In this document: positions 63,498-64,000 of the stretch, one piece after another
How the letters are laid out: each line of letters begins with the position of its first letter
Numbering within the stretch: the stretch's first letter is position 1
Source of the DNA: Chlamydiales bacterium
GTDB taxonomy: Bacteria > Chlamydiota > Chlamydiia > Chlamydiales > JAAZZY01
DNA: 64,000 nucleotides
Reading direction: 5' to 3'
NCBI GenBank assembly: GCA_965206695.1
Contig: CBDBKM010000010.1
Location: 128,001 to 192,000 of the forward strand
Made by a program: the position numbers and the translations under genes
The notes under the pieces: generated by a model
The model's input: the letters and a program-made list of their open reading frames with translations, nothing else
What the model was told of the DNA's origin: nothing
Database searches by the model: none

Positions 63498-64000
63498 ATG
63501 ACTGAAATAAGGCCCGTATCTTATTCTTTAAATATGGAACCATTACATTCAATAATGGTGAATAAAACGCCTACAAATATTCAATCGAATGAAGATTACA
63601 ATGCTTTTGATTCAAAACCCTATCTATCTGATCCGAAACCTGCTTTCAATGAACCGGCAACACATGTTTTTTCTTCTGATCATTTCGAAATTGACCGTTT
63701 AATGAGTTCAAAATATATCGCCCATTTATTTGGAGATAGTTTTATTGAAGGCTCTAATCTAGAGGGCTGGTATACTGAAGATGCTCTTATGCATATGATT
63801 CTTGTATTGAAAGAGAATAATGAAGTAGGGAAATTTGATGATTTTATTCAAAAGTTAGAAGATGCTTTAGCTCTGCAAGGTGAAATTTCGCAAATTCGAA
63901 TTAGGTGGGATTGTGAATCGAGGCAAGCTGTAGAAGTTAAAGAATTATCAGAACAGATCATTAAAAAAGTACAAGCATTAGAGGCAGGGCAAAGTGTACT
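63498..64000 (+). CDS. Hypothetical protein, open at the window end
   Basis: MTEIRPVSYSLNMEPLHS... with no stop before base 64000. Confidence 0.65.
   Translation, partial: MTEIRPVSYSLNMEPLHSIMVNKTPTNIQSNEDYNAFDSKPYLSDPKPAFNEPATHVFSSDHFEIDRLMSSKYIAHLFGDSFIEGSNLEGWYTEDALMHMILVLKENNEVGKFDDFIQKLEDALALQGEISQIRIRWDCESRQAVEVKELSEQIIKKVQALEAGQSV

Noticed and set aside
1..64000. CRISPR array or cas genes
   Set aside because: No regularly spaced repeat-spacer array was seen. The GGGAAT repeats are too short, and the only Cas12 relative is a tnpB fragment.

Overview
AT-rich chromosomal window, most likely from an environmental member of the Chlamydiae. This is inferred from the Npt/Tlc nucleotide translocase, a DUF2709-like gene, the sdhCAB layout and the polA-coaE-rho cluster. 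Bases 1-~11350 are an accessory island: Toprim primase, SpoVG-like gene, phased repeats, an orphan ORF, a Type I restriction-modification locus with RhuM, an XRE regulator and a broken hsdS, and an IS-truncated tyrosine integrase. The rest is housekeeping DNA (thrS-like/infC/rpmI/rplT, mnmG, intein-containing dnaB, brnQ, rho, coaE, polA, argS, pdxST, pgk, ntt, sdhCAB, two tRNAs). It is heavily invaded by IS630, IS30, IS701, IS982, IS5, IS3, Tn3 and IS605 elements, MITEs and eroded pseudogenes. The most notable observations are: (1) a ThrRS paralogue that has lost its catalytic and editing residues but keeps an open frame at the head of the infC operon; (2) a tnpB-less IS605 mini-element that looks like a stand-alone omega-RNA cassette, interrupted by nested insertions; (3) a recurrent CTGG->CCGG substitution in decaying genes; (4) a half-size HsdS with five ELEA repeats; (5) a full-length DnaB intein. 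All calls come from reading the sequence by eye and from remembered family motifs; no searches were run.
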